Shown here: piece by piece, positions 18,916 through 28,552 of the stretch
Layout: each line of letters begins with the position of its first letter
Numbering within the stretch: the first letter of the stretch is position 1
IMG/VR virus record: IMGVR_UViG_3300043436_002834
Location: 20,843-84,842 of that record
Reading direction: 5' to 3' (one strand)
Length of the DNA stretch: 64,000 nucleotides
Source: a virus
Translations under genes and position numbers: made by a program
The notes under the pieces: model-generated
The model's database searches: none
What the model was told of the DNA's origin: nothing
The model's input: only the letters and a program-made list of their open reading frames with translations

Positions 18916-19616
18916 TGACAAATGAAACTATTCAAATAAAGGTTAAGGAGCGTATTAATAAGCTTGCTAGTAATGATTATGATAACATCATGCCTTGGCA
19001 AATTATTGAAGCTTTTAACAAAGGGATGACTGCTTGGTGCAGAAGAAACCTTATGGGTACAAACATGACCAAAACTGGTGATGAGGCAAGTAAAAGAAGA
19101 ATAGATGACCTTCAGATTTTGCTTACTGAAAAACCTTTAGCTATGGTTAAAAAAGATTTGTATTATCAATCCCCCAGTTTACCTACTAACTATTTTGAAT
19201 GGAAGAGACTTTCTGCTAAAGCTAAAAAAGATTGCTGCGATGACAGAAGAATGGTAGTCTATTTAGCAGAGGAAGCCAATGTAGATGAGTTGTTAAGAGA
19301 TCATAATAAGAAACCAAGTTTTGAATGGGCAGAAACATTTTCTACTATTCTTGGAAATAAGATTAAGGTTTATACTAATAATGATTTTGAAATTGAATCT
19401 GCAGTATTGACATATTACAGACAACCCCGCAGAATTCAAATTCAAGGTGTATCTGATCCTTATACAGGACAAGTATCTACAAGTAATGTAGAATGCGAAT
19501 TTAAAGATGACTTAGTGGAAGTTTTTATTGATGAGTGTGTCAAAATACTTGCAGGTGATCTTGAAGATGTTACAGCAAATCAAATTGCAGATAATTCTGT
19601 AGAAACAAATAACTAA
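18915..19616 (+). CDS. tail ring/adaptor-like structural protein
   Basis: KRRIDDLQIL and LTYYRQP motifs; size and context resemble crAss-like ring proteins. Confidence 0.55.
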   Translation: MTNETIQIKVKERINKLASNDYDNIMPWQIIEAFNKGMTAWCRRNLMGTNMTKTGDEASKRRIDDLQILLTEKPLAMVKKDLYYQSPSLPTNYFEWKRLSAKAKKDCCDDRRMVVYLAEEANVDELLRDHNKKPSFEWAETFSTILGNKIKVYTNNDFEIESAVLTYYRQPRRIQIQGVSDPYTGQVSTSNVECEFKDDLVEVFIDECVKILAGDLEDVTANQIADNSVETNN

Positions 19617-19623
19617 TAATAAA

Positions 19624-20082
19624 ATGAACACTCCACAAAGAGGTCTATTAAAAAGACCAACGACCCAAGCTCCCGCTGCACCATATAAACAAGGTAACAG
19701 TAGTTGTGAAGAACAAACAACAATGTTAATTTGTGAAATGATGAATGCTGCATCTGCTTTTCATAAACTTCATTTAAAATTAACAGGTGTAGGTTCTTAT
19801 GCAGCACACAAAGCACTTAACGAGTTGTATGATGCTTTGCCTGGACATGCAGATAGTCTTGCAGAAGGTTATCAAGGTGCTGCAGAAACAATACTAAACT
19901 ATGTTGAATGTGCACCAAGAATATTAAATACTGTTGATGATGGCATAGCATATATTAGAGAAATGTATGACATGATTTGTGCGTTGCAAGAAGTTATGTG
20001 TTACTCAGAAATTTCTAATGAATTAGATAATGCAAAGAGTATATTATCTTCTACAAAATACAAACTTTTGTTTTTAAAATAA
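19624..20082 (+). CDS. ferritin/Dps-like four-helix protein
   Basis: HKLH...SYAAHKALNELYD...DSLAEGYQG...KYKLLFL pattern of phage Dps/ferritin-like proteins. Confidence 0.75.
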   Translation: MNTPQRGLLKRPTTQAPAAPYKQGNSSCEEQTTMLICEMMNAASAFHKLHLKLTGVGSYAAHKALNELYDALPGHADSLAEGYQGAAETILNYVECAPRILNTVDDGIAYIREMYDMICALQEVMCYSEISNELDNAKSILSSTKYKLLFLK

Positions 20083-20098
20083 AAAAGCGCTGGCAAAT

Positions 20099-20129
20099 TT
20101 GCTTTTTCAAAAATAATTTGCTATATTGA
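20099..20129 (+). promoter_or_regulatory. putative phage promoter TTG-N20-TATATT
   Basis: TTG at 20099-20101 and TTTGCTATATTG at 20117-20128. Confidence 0.5.
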
Positions 20130-20160
20130 ATATGTTGTTTATTAATTAAAAAAAAGAAAA

Positions 20161-21735
20161 ATGAGTTATTTTAATCACGCGTACCGCAAATCATTTGTAG
20201 GTACAAAAGCTACCCAATCTGGGTCAGGTACAGCTAAAGCGGTGAATAATGGATTCTTGCTTGATGCAGGTGTTCCTACTTCTGCTCTTGCTGATACAGC
20301 AGCACCATACTCTTTAGGAGTTGGTACTTACGGATTCTTTAATCCAAACACTTATCTATCTGTAAACAATGCTTCTGCTGAAGTAATTGCCGGAAAACCT
20401 TTGGTTTTTGCTGCTGCGTCATTGTTTCAAAATGATAAGATTGGTCCATTCCACGGTGGATATAAAGAGTCTAACAAATCTAAGATGATCAATCCGCGAT
20501 TTGTTCACAAATTTTCTAAAATGACAGGTGCTGGTTCAGAGCAATCAATCTGGCACTTAGGTAATACTAACTGGAATGCTAATTCAATTGCTACTTTAGG
20601 TGCAATTACAGCAGGTACTGGTTATACTAACGGTACTTATACTAATATTGCTTTAGTAGGTGGTTCAGGTGTTGGTGCATTTGCTACAGTAGTTGTAGCT
20701 GGTGGTATTGTAACAGGTATTACTATTACACAACCTGGTCAAGGTTATGCTGCTGGTGATGTTCTTACTTTGCCTGCAACAGTTCCTTACACTGCAGGTA
20801 CAGAGGCATCTGTATTAGTTGCTACTATTAAGTATACAAAAGGTGCAAAATGTGATTTTGAATTCTTTTGTGGTGAAAACTATAATCTTCGTTTGGACTT
20901 GTGGGGTTCACCAGTACTTCGTTACTTAAACCATGACTTGTACAAAACTCTTTCTGTTAACACAGCTTGTTGTCCTGCAGGTTCAATTGCTCCTACAAAT
21001 GTAGATTCTACATTGGTAATGATTGACTGGGCTAACCAAATTGTTAATGATGTATGGTTGCAGTATTTTATTCGCCCAATTGTCTATACACAAACAGGTG
21101 TTCCATTGTTTGCTACTGCTGCTGAAGCTGTTGCTGCTGGTTTCCCTGCAGGTAATGTATGGTCAACATATGTAAGCCCAGGTCATATTGCAGGTGCAAC
21201 TGCTGGTATCCGTTTTATTGGTGCTTATGTTGAAACTAAATTTGGTAACTGTTCATTCCAAAACTCTGATTTCTTTGAGAAAGAAGTAGTTCAAATGAAT
21301 GTATCATTAACAGATTTGACTGGTGATCCATGTGAGTTTTCTGCTCTTTGTGCTAACAAAGAATATGCAGGATTTACAGGTCAAGGATTTGGTGAAACTG
21401 TATTGCGTGATGTAATTCTTGATGAGTCTTACTTGCAAAATCACTTCTCTAATGATGTCCGCATTCGCGAGATTACTCAAGGAGATCAGTATTTTTCTGC
21501 AATCAACCGTAATGCATTATATACTCGCTATGTAATCCAACACAGTGTTCCACGTTATAACAACCCTTCAGGTGTTTATGACGATGATCAATATGCATTG
21601 AACATTTATGTTCCTGCTGCTACAGCAACTGCATTTGAAACATTCATGGCAACATGGTTAGGTGCAGCCGCAGTAGGTGGTGTAGTAACACTACAAACTT
21701 ACGGTCACACTGCTTACACACCAGCAGTACTTTAA
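20161..21735 (+). CDS. abundant structural protein (auxiliary capsid/decoration-like) with an inserted beta-rich domain
   Basis: MCP-like codon bias; own promoter and terminator; GTGYT...GSG.GA.A...G.GY insert. Confidence 0.55.
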   Translation: MSYFNHAYRKSFVGTKATQSGSGTAKAVNNGFLLDAGVPTSALADTAAPYSLGVGTYGFFNPNTYLSVNNASAEVIAGKPLVFAAASLFQNDKIGPFHGGYKESNKSKMINPRFVHKFSKMTGAGSEQSIWHLGNTNWNANSIATLGAITAGTGYTNGTYTNIALVGGSGVGAFATVVVAGGIVTGITITQPGQGYAAGDVLTLPATVPYTAGTEASVLVATIKYTKGAKCDFEFFCGENYNLRLDLWGSPVLRYLNHDLYKTLSVNTACCPAGSIAPTNVDSTLVMIDWANQIVNDVWLQYFIRPIVYTQTGVPLFATAAEAVAAGFPAGNVWSTYVSPGHIAGATAGIRFIGAYVETKFGNCSFQNSDFFEKEVVQMNVSLTDLTGDPCEFSALCANKEYAGFTGQGFGETVLRDVILDESYLQNHFSNDVRIREITQGDQYFSAINRNALYTRYVIQHSVPRYNNPSGVYDDDQYALNIYVPAATATAFETFMATWLGAAAVGGVVTLQTYGHTAYTPAVL

Positions 21736-21755
21736 GATTGTAACAATATCTTCCT

Positions 21756-21796
21756 AAAATGGAGAATGGAGGCTTTCTCTATTCTCCATTTTTTTT
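21756..21796 (+). terminator. intrinsic terminator
   Basis: AAAATGGAGAATGGAG-gcttt-CTCTATTCTCCATTTT stem with a T tract. Confidence 0.8.
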
Positions 21797-21807
21797 AAAT
21801 AGAAATT

Positions 21808-22368
21808 ATGGCAACAAATTCATTAAGTTTAAACATTCCTAATATTATGACAGATTGTATTCTTCGCATTGAAGATACAAGTGTATATGAGCCTTTGTTG
21901 CCATATATTTGTCCAACTGTCCAAGTATTAGTTCCAGGCTACCGAGATTGTGTAACCTTTAATGACACAACTGTTCCTACAGTTGATAAAGGTTTTATAT
22001 TCAATTTAACAGCCTGCGACCTAAAAGTACAAAGTGCTCATTGTGGAACTGAATTTGATGCATTGCCTGATGGCATATATGTGATTAAATATTCTATCTC
22101 TCCTAATGACAGAATGTATGTAGAATATAATCATCTGCGAGTTACAGCTTTAAGAGCGAAACTTAAAGAACAATGGTGTAATTTGAAACTAAGTGCTTGC
22201 GAACCAATACCTGAAACCAAAGAGAAATTTTTATCTTTGATGGAGATTACTGGTTATATAGATGCTGCTCAAGCTAAAGCAGAATACTGTTTAGATCATG
22301 AGCAAGCAATGGTTCTATATAACTATGCTAAAAAATTATTAGACGGTTATTGTTGTAAATTATATTAA
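21808..22368 (+). CDS. Cys-rich structural protein (fibre hub-like)
   Basis: LPDGIYxIxY motif and many Cys residues. Confidence 0.5.
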   Translation: MATNSLSLNIPNIMTDCILRIEDTSVYEPLLPYICPTVQVLVPGYRDCVTFNDTTVPTVDKGFIFNLTACDLKVQSAHCGTEFDALPDGIYVIKYSISPNDRMYVEYNHLRVTALRAKLKEQWCNLKLSACEPIPETKEKFLSLMEITGYIDAAQAKAEYCLDHEQAMVLYNYAKKLLDGYCCKLY

Positions 22369-22369
22369 T

Positions 22370-22510
22370 ATGGCGAAGAGTTGTCCAAATTGTGGAATCT
22401 GCACATGCACAGGAACTTATTTAGTAAATGCCACAAATGGCAAACCATGCTGCACAGCATGTGTTAATGTGGTCAATCAGCAAATTGCTGAAGGCCAAAA
22501 TGTAAAATAA
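22370..22510 (+). CDS. 46 aa Cys-rich peptide (CPNCGICTC...CCTAC)
   Basis: Read manually; fills the gap between two genes. Confidence 0.65.
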   Translation: MAKSCPNCGICTCTGTYLVNATNGKPCCTACVNVVNQQIAEGQNVK

Positions 22511-22513
22511 CTA

Positions 22514-23296
22514 ATGGCTACAATTATACCAGAAGAAAGATATCAGCTTATCTGTTGTTCTACAGGAACTCCGTTAATGATTAATTCATTACCGGCTGTT
22601 TTTGTTTTTAATGGAATTACAAGCAATGATAATCATCCAGATGATTATTTAGAAGTAGTAATAACTGCAATTAAAGATATCAATGCTAATGTAGTCACTG
22701 GTTGTTATAGATTAGTTGAAGCAGATTGCGAACAGGAATGGGAAGAATTGCTTTGGCAAGACTTTTTTGTGCAAACAGAATGTGTAAATACATGTCAAGA
22801 GTGTTTACCTAAACCTGCACCTGTTGTTCCAATTACTAATCACAAAGTTATTTATGCGGATTATAAAGTTAATAATGCTGATCCGTATAAAGCAGAAAAA
22901 ATCTTTTGCGCTTTTGGTGATGTTAATTATCAAAAGGTTTTATCATTAAGATATGGCATTCAATTCTGTTGTCCTACAGATCTAATGCAATCTACTATAG
23001 AGCATGAAATACTAAAGATGGATATAACTACTGACCCGGATGCTTGTAAGTGTATTACACCGCCTCCAGGGACTTGTAAGAAGTACACAGTAACTATACC
23101 AAGTTCAGTTGAAGGTTACTTATACTTTAAAGACTGCGATAATGTTAGCAGAACAGTTCAGTTTTATTCTTCTTCATCTGCACATGATGTTTATGTGTGT
23201 GGTATAACAGGACAAACAAATCAAGATATTTATATCTTGGCTAATAATCATGCAGTAATGCAAGTTCAGTTTTCTGAAGGAGTTGACTGCAATTGA
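22514..23296 (+). CDS. Cys-rich structural protein
   Basis: 260 aa; RYGIQFCC motif and a C-terminal beta-rich YFKDC domain. Confidence 0.55.
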   Translation: MATIIPEERYQLICCSTGTPLMINSLPAVFVFNGITSNDNHPDDYLEVVITAIKDINANVVTGCYRLVEADCEQEWEELLWQDFFVQTECVNTCQECLPKPAPVVPITNHKVIYADYKVNNADPYKAEKIFCAFGDVNYQKVLSLRYGIQFCCPTDLMQSTIEHEILKMDITTDPDACKCITPPPGTCKKYTVTIPSSVEGYLYFKDCDNVSRTVQFYSSSSAHDVYVCGITGQTNQDIYILANNHAVMQVQFSEGVDCN

Positions 23297-23316
23297 TTAG
23301 GATAATTAATTTAAAT

Positions 23317-23328
23317 TTTGTATATTAT
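23317..23328 (+). promoter_or_regulatory. TTTGTATATTAT promoter core
   Basis: Identical to the core at 2567. Confidence 0.45.
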
Positions 23329-23333
23329 TAGCT

Positions 23334-23846
23334 ATGGGAAAGCCAACAAATACTAAAAGAGCCGGATGTGCTGTAACAACAAGTAATTGTGTTGTTTGGC
23401 AAGGACCTGATTTATGTTGCATTGATTTGTGTCATGGTGATACAATTAGCGATGTAATAAATGAAATTGCAAAAAAGATTTGTAAGATCTTTGAAATGTT
23501 AAATGTTCAAAGTTATGATCTATCAGAACTTATTACAACTGAATGTCCTCCTGCAAACTTTGTAGAATTAATTCAATTATTAATTGATCAAGTTGCAGCA
23601 ATTAAAAATAATCCTGCATCTGGTGTTGCCGGTGCAAGTGGATGTCCAGATTGTGAAATTGCTACTGCTGCTTGTTTTCATGAAAGATACGGAACTGTAT
23701 TGCAATTAACAGATTATGTTACTGCAATTGGAACTACTTTATGTGAACAGCAAGTAGTAATTCAAACACAAAATAATGCTATTGCTCAATTGACTATTCA
23801 GTTAGCAAACATGCAAACTCAGTTGAACTTATTAATTGGAGGATAA
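23334..23846 (+). CDS. Cys-rich coiled-coil fibre protein
   Basis: SNCVVWQGPDLCC N-terminal module and C-terminal heptad repeats. Confidence 0.55.
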   Translation: MGKPTNTKRAGCAVTTSNCVVWQGPDLCCIDLCHGDTISDVINEIAKKICKIFEMLNVQSYDLSELITTECPPANFVELIQLLIDQVAAIKNNPASGVAGASGCPDCEIATAACFHERYGTVLQLTDYVTAIGTTLCEQQVVIQTQNNAIAQLTIQLANMQTQLNLLIGG

Positions 23847-24586
23847 TGAAAAGAAAATGCACCCCAATAAATAATGCAATAACAATTAAAACTCCGGTTA
23901 CTTGTCCTGCACCAATTGCTCCTATAGTTGATGGTTGTGTAGATCCATTTACATATACTTGGAACATGGCGGTTAATCAAGCATTACTTGATAGCACATT
24001 TTCTGTAGGAGAATATTTTGATAGGATATTAGATAAAGGTTTAATGGCATCAAGTGCAACAAATGTATGTTGCCCTGATTGCATTGAAAATCCAATTTAT
24101 GTTTTAGCAAGTGTTGAATCATTTTTAAAATTAGCTGATTTTATGGGTTGGCTAAATGATGATACAAATCAACCATGTTGTACAAATATTCAAGCAAGTA
24201 TAGAAACTTATTTAAAATACAATGATGCTTGGCAAGTTGATCAACCAGAATGCTGTAAAACTGATTTTGAATCATGTTTAAATCAATTTTCAACTATTGT
24301 TAATTTAGATAGAATGATTGATAAAGGGATTGTGGAAGCAAATGGTTTTGATGGAAATACTTTGCTTTGCAAAATTTATGAATTGTTTGTTAATACTCCG
24401 GAAGATTTACTGCAAGGTGCAACATTATCAGATATATTTGATAGAATTTTAGATAAAGGTTTTGTTGCTTACTGTTGTGACTGTAATGTAATTATTGGTT
24501 CAATTGAAACATTTTTAAAATGGTGGGACGCCACAGGCGGATGTGGAACAGTGGCATTGCCAGCACCAGCACCAGCACTAGGATAA
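23846..24586 (+). CDS. Cys-rich repeat protein, paralog A
   Basis: Three DRxxDKG repeats, three (A/G)S(V/I)E(S/T)(F/Y)L repeats, and CCPDC. Confidence 0.6.
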   Translation: MKRKCTPINNAITIKTPVTCPAPIAPIVDGCVDPFTYTWNMAVNQALLDSTFSVGEYFDRILDKGLMASSATNVCCPDCIENPIYVLASVESFLKLADFMGWLNDDTNQPCCTNIQASIETYLKYNDAWQVDQPECCKTDFESCLNQFSTIVNLDRMIDKGIVEANGFDGNTLLCKIYELFVNTPEDLLQGATLSDIFDRILDKGFVAYCCDCNVIIGSIETFLKWWDATGGCGTVALPAPAPALG

Positions 24587-24597
24587 ATTAAAAGAAG

Positions 24598-25263
24598 ATG
24601 AGTTGTAAAAAATGTAAAACAAGTAAATGCTCATGTGAAACTACAATTTGCACAAATCCTTTGATTTATGCAATGAAAAGTGTTTTTTCATTAGTTGATG
24701 GTAATGCAAATTTACCTACTGTACTTTCTGATGTTTTAACTGGAGGAATATCTATTTCAAATAACAAAAATCTTTGTTGTCCAGATTGCAAGAATGGAAT
24801 TTACTTTTTAGGAGGTGCAGAAAATTTTATAAATTTATACAATACTACAACAACAAGAATATGTTGTTTAGAACACGCATCCGCTGTAGAAACTTGGTTA
24901 ACGGTAATAGAAGCAACAGGAAATAAATACGGATGTTGCAATACTGATTTTAATGAAGCATTTCAACAATGGTTTGATGCATCAAGTTCGTCAAGTGCTA
25001 ACTTTTACTTAGATGATTTAGTAGAATTAGGTATTCTTGAATCTTCCTCATTTAATGGGTACAGCGGGCTAGGTATTTTATTTAACTATCTTCAGCTGAA
25101 CCATCCGGAACTAACTCCTGAAAATTATTTAAACATTTTAAGCGTTATTGTAAATTTAGGACTTGTTATTCAATGTAACGGTTGTGAAATTGTAATAGCT
25201 TCTGTAGACACATATTTAACATGGGTTGAAGCTATTGGTGGCGGAGGCGGAGTACCTGCATAA
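24598..25263 (+). CDS. Cys-rich repeat protein, paralog B
   Basis: CCPDC, CCNTDF and IASVDTYL align with the preceding gene. Confidence 0.6.
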   Translation: MSCKKCKTSKCSCETTICTNPLIYAMKSVFSLVDGNANLPTVLSDVLTGGISISNNKNLCCPDCKNGIYFLGGAENFINLYNTTTTRICCLEHASAVETWLTVIEATGNKYGCCNTDFNEAFQQWFDASSSSSANFYLDDLVELGILESSSFNGYSGLGILFNYLQLNHPELTPENYLNILSVIVNLGLVIQCNGCEIVIASVDTYLTWVEAIGGGGGVPA

Positions 25264-25287
25264 TTATAAAATTAAAAATTACTAGAA

Positions 25288-26322
25288 ATGGGATGTTCAT
25301 CTTGTCAACAAAATAATCATGTAGTACCAAGTACACATGTACACAATCCAACTGCACAAACTCATTGTGAATGTGCTTGTGGTTGTGAGGAACCGGTGTG
25401 TCCTACACCTCAGCCTTGTACTGAGATTACAGATAGCAAATGTATCATTTATACTGATGCTCCTATTAAGTGTGGAAATAACGTTGTTGTAACCACTAAT
25501 GCTAGTGTTTCTACAGCTCTAAACCAAATTACAAACTTTTTTTGTGGTTTAGCAGGCTTAGTAACAACAGCGGATATACTTTGCGGGGACACTGTAATTG
25601 TACCTGCAGGAAGTTCAATTCAGGCAGCTTTTGAATTAACAGTACAATTTATTTGTAGTATTCAATTAACCCCGGGTCCACAAGGTCCTGCTGGCGCTCA
25701 AGGTCCCGTAGGAGCAACTGGTGCAACTGGTGCTACTGGACAGCAAGGTCCAATTGGTTTAACTGGCGCAACAGGTCCACAAGGCCCGATAGGATTAACA
25801 GGACCCGCTGGAGCAGCAGGTTTATATTCACAAACTAGAAGTTCTACTCCTGTGACTAATGCAACAGGAATGGCTTCATTAATTGGTCTTGGTTCAGGAA
25901 CATTAAGTGTACCAGCAAATGCTTTTCAAGTAGGTGATTCTTTTAAAGCTACATTACATGGACAAGTTACATGTGCAAATAACCAACAATTAAGGGTTGT
26001 AATTTTTTCTAATGGTAATATATTAGCCACTACACCTTTGATTGTATTGCCGCAAATTACAGGAAAACACTGGACATTAGAAATTGATTTTGTTATTCGC
26101 GCAATTGGCGGTCCGGCAACTGCAGTTATTATGACAGGAGGTAATTTCATTTACAATAAAGATTCTAATAATGTCTATGAGGGTGTTGGTTTTAGATTTG
26201 AACAAGCTACTTTATTTGATACAACTGTATTAAACACATTGACTATTGAAGCTGAATGGGGAACGGTTAATGCAGCGAATTCTATCTACAGCGAAATTTT
26301 CAATTTATTTAAAACATTCTAA
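25288..26322 (+). CDS. collagen-like fibre protein
   Basis: Cys-rich N-terminus, ~16 Gly-X-Y triplets and a beta-rich C-terminal head. Confidence 0.75.
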   Translation: MGCSSCQQNNHVVPSTHVHNPTAQTHCECACGCEEPVCPTPQPCTEITDSKCIIYTDAPIKCGNNVVVTTNASVSTALNQITNFFCGLAGLVTTADILCGDTVIVPAGSSIQAAFELTVQFICSIQLTPGPQGPAGAQGPVGATGATGATGQQGPIGLTGATGPQGPIGLTGPAGAAGLYSQTRSSTPVTNATGMASLIGLGSGTLSVPANAFQVGDSFKATLHGQVTCANNQQLRVVIFSNGNILATTPLIVLPQITGKHWTLEIDFVIRAIGGPATAVIMTGGNFIYNKDSNNVYEGVGFRFEQATLFDTTVLNTLTIEAEWGTVNAANSIYSEIFNLFKTF

Positions 26323-26324
26323 GC

Positions 26325-26822
26325 ATGTGTGTAAATTGCGGAAATAATCATTGTGCTGGAAATTGCCAAGTACTTCCTAAAGGTTTAAGAGGACCTAGAG
26401 GATACAAAGGCGATAAAGGAGATAAAGGAGATCAGGGTCCTATTGGATTAACTGGTCCGCAAGGCCCTGCCGGAAATCCTGGCACTAACGGTGCTTCTGG
26501 TCTTCCTGGCGGTGTTGGACCTCAAGGTCCTATTGGACCCATTGGACCACAAGGGTTACCTGGACTTCCTGGAGCAAATGGGATTAACGGTACTAATGGT
26601 TTAGATGGAGCTCCGGGTCCTGCCGGCAATGCAGGTCCACAAGGAGATCAAGGTTATTCAGGTAGAGGTGTAGCTGTATTTACACAAGCTAGTCAACCTA
26701 CCGCAGCTGACTTTAATACGTCTTATGGTTCTGTAGATGGATTTGGTGTTAATTATGTACCAGGTTCGGGAAACAATGCTATCCGTCCAGGAGATATCTG
26801 GATTCAATCTTGTACACCTTAA
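26325..26822 (+). CDS. collagen-like fibre protein
   Basis: Cys-rich N-terminal tag, ~31 Gly-X-Y triplets, C-terminal PGDIWI. Confidence 0.75.
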   Translation: MCVNCGNNHCAGNCQVLPKGLRGPRGYKGDKGDKGDQGPIGLTGPQGPAGNPGTNGASGLPGGVGPQGPIGPIGPQGLPGLPGANGINGTNGLDGAPGPAGNAGPQGDQGYSGRGVAVFTQASQPTAADFNTSYGSVDGFGVNYVPGSGNNAIRPGDIWIQSCTP

Positions 26823-26823
26823 T

Positions 26824-28542
26824 ATGAGCGGATTTAAAATTTTTGATGGTACAAACTGGGTTGATCCTTGTAATTGCAATATTAGCATCTTAGATGTTGA
26901 TGGTGTAACTTATAAGTTAATTAATCCGCATAACTGTATTGTTAGTTATTTTGACGGAACTAATTGGTGTCCGATAACTTGCCCTTGTGAATGTCCTTCT
27001 GGATATACATTTAATGCAAGCACCAATTCATGTGAAGCTGTAGAAATAAGTCCTGCAACACCATCAGGCGGAACAACTGCTCCTGTAGTTGCAGGTAATA
27101 CAAATACAGGTTATTCTGAATTTGGAGCCAGGCTTTATGAAAACATTACAGGTTCTGTATATCCTCTTAATGGTTGGCAAAATACAACAATTTGCACTAC
27201 CTGTTCTACAGGTTACCAAGTTCTTGAAAACGCAGGTACTGGATCTGCATTAGCCATTCAGCAACTTTCTGCAGTAGATAGCGATATCTTTAATTCACAA
27301 GGAACTACAACTTTAGGAAGACTTAATAATACAGGTCTGTGGGCTACAGGATTTCCTAATAATCAATGGTTAAATGTAGAATTTTGCATAAACATTGCAG
27401 AAACTAAAACATATATATTTGCATTAGCTGGCGATAACCAAGTTAAAGCTGATATTACATCAACTACTTTTAATGGAGGTGGAACATTTAACTTAGTAAA
27501 TTTATGGGCATCAGACAGTCCAACAGGATTGCCTGCAAGTATAACAACTATGCCACATAAGTTATGGCACATGTTTCCTATTACATTGCCTGCGGGATCT
27601 CATACATTAAAATTATCAGGATATAACTTTGCTGCAGATAAAGCATTTGGTGCAGAAATATATGATATTTCTGAATTAGACATGACTGGTTTGATGACAT
27701 CATCTACAGCAACAGTTGGTGATCTACAACCTTATATTTTATTTTCAACAGAAAGTTTAATTACAAGTCCTCCTTTGCTTATTCCGATGCCGGGACAAAC
27801 AATTACATGGTCTTGTCCTTCAGGTAGCACATACAGTCTTTGTTATGGTGCACCATCTTGCATTACGGTTGATTCTATTCCATGTGGTAATCAACAACCT
27901 TTAACTATCAATACCGAAGTTAATATTTGGTTTGATAATTCAGGATCAATGAATACTACAAGATTGGGTCTTGAATTAATGCAAGCACAAGAACTTAAAA
28001 CTGCGTTGCTTCCTATTTTTAATTATGATGAAACCTTGTACAATAAAAGAGTAAAACTCTTTGATATGAATGGTTCATCATGGAATTATAATCAGAGATT
28101 TATTAAATGTTTGGCAGAAGAAAGAAATTTTCAAAGAACTCCAGACACAGATGTAAATCAAGTAATCAATCTTGTTTTTACAGATAGATCCGTTATCTAT
28201 GGTTATGGTTCTACTGAAGAATTTGATAACACTGCTAGAGAAGAGCAATATGACTTAGATGTAGATGATTTAAGAAATGTTATGGCTACTGCAGGTTATG
28301 ATATTAAAGGAACCGTGTTTAGAATAAATAGTGATCAAAATAGTTATGTTGGGTTTAGAACATTAGTTCAATCTACTTTTGTAAACAATCAAGCATATAC
28401 TAAACCTTATAATTTAAATGATTTTTATTCATTAAACTTTAACTGTAATTTAGATACTATGGCTGCAGATAAATCATCCTATTATAAGGATCAGGTTGTT
28501 GCTGCATTAAGAGCTTTAGATATTGTTGTGCCAGTTGTATAA
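26824..28542 (+). CDS. multidomain fibre-tip/adhesin (Cys-rich EGF-like, beta-sandwich, vWA-like)
   Basis: ATG at 26824 preferred; FDGTNW x2, CPSGY...C, and a WFDNSGSM MIDAS-like motif. Confidence 0.6.
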   Translation: MSGFKIFDGTNWVDPCNCNISILDVDGVTYKLINPHNCIVSYFDGTNWCPITCPCECPSGYTFNASTNSCEAVEISPATPSGGTTAPVVAGNTNTGYSEFGARLYENITGSVYPLNGWQNTTICTTCSTGYQVLENAGTGSALAIQQLSAVDSDIFNSQGTTTLGRLNNTGLWATGFPNNQWLNVEFCINIAETKTYIFALAGDNQVKADITSTTFNGGGTFNLVNLWASDSPTGLPASITTMPHKLWHMFPITLPAGSHTLKLSGYNFAADKAFGAEIYDISELDMTGLMTSSTATVGDLQPYILFSTESLITSPPLLIPMPGQTITWSCPSGSTYSLCYGAPSCITVDSIPCGNQQPLTINTEVNIWFDNSGSMNTTRLGLELMQAQELKTALLPIFNYDETLYNKRVKLFDMNGSSWNYNQRFIKCLAEERNFQRTPDTDVNQVINLVFTDRSVIYGYGSTEEFDNTAREEQYDLDVDDLRNVMATAGYDIKGTVFRINSDQNSYVGFRTLVQSTFVNNQAYTKPYNLNDFYSLNFNCNLDTMAADKSSYYKDQVVAALRALDIVVPVV

Positions 28543-28552
28543 AAAATAAGAT

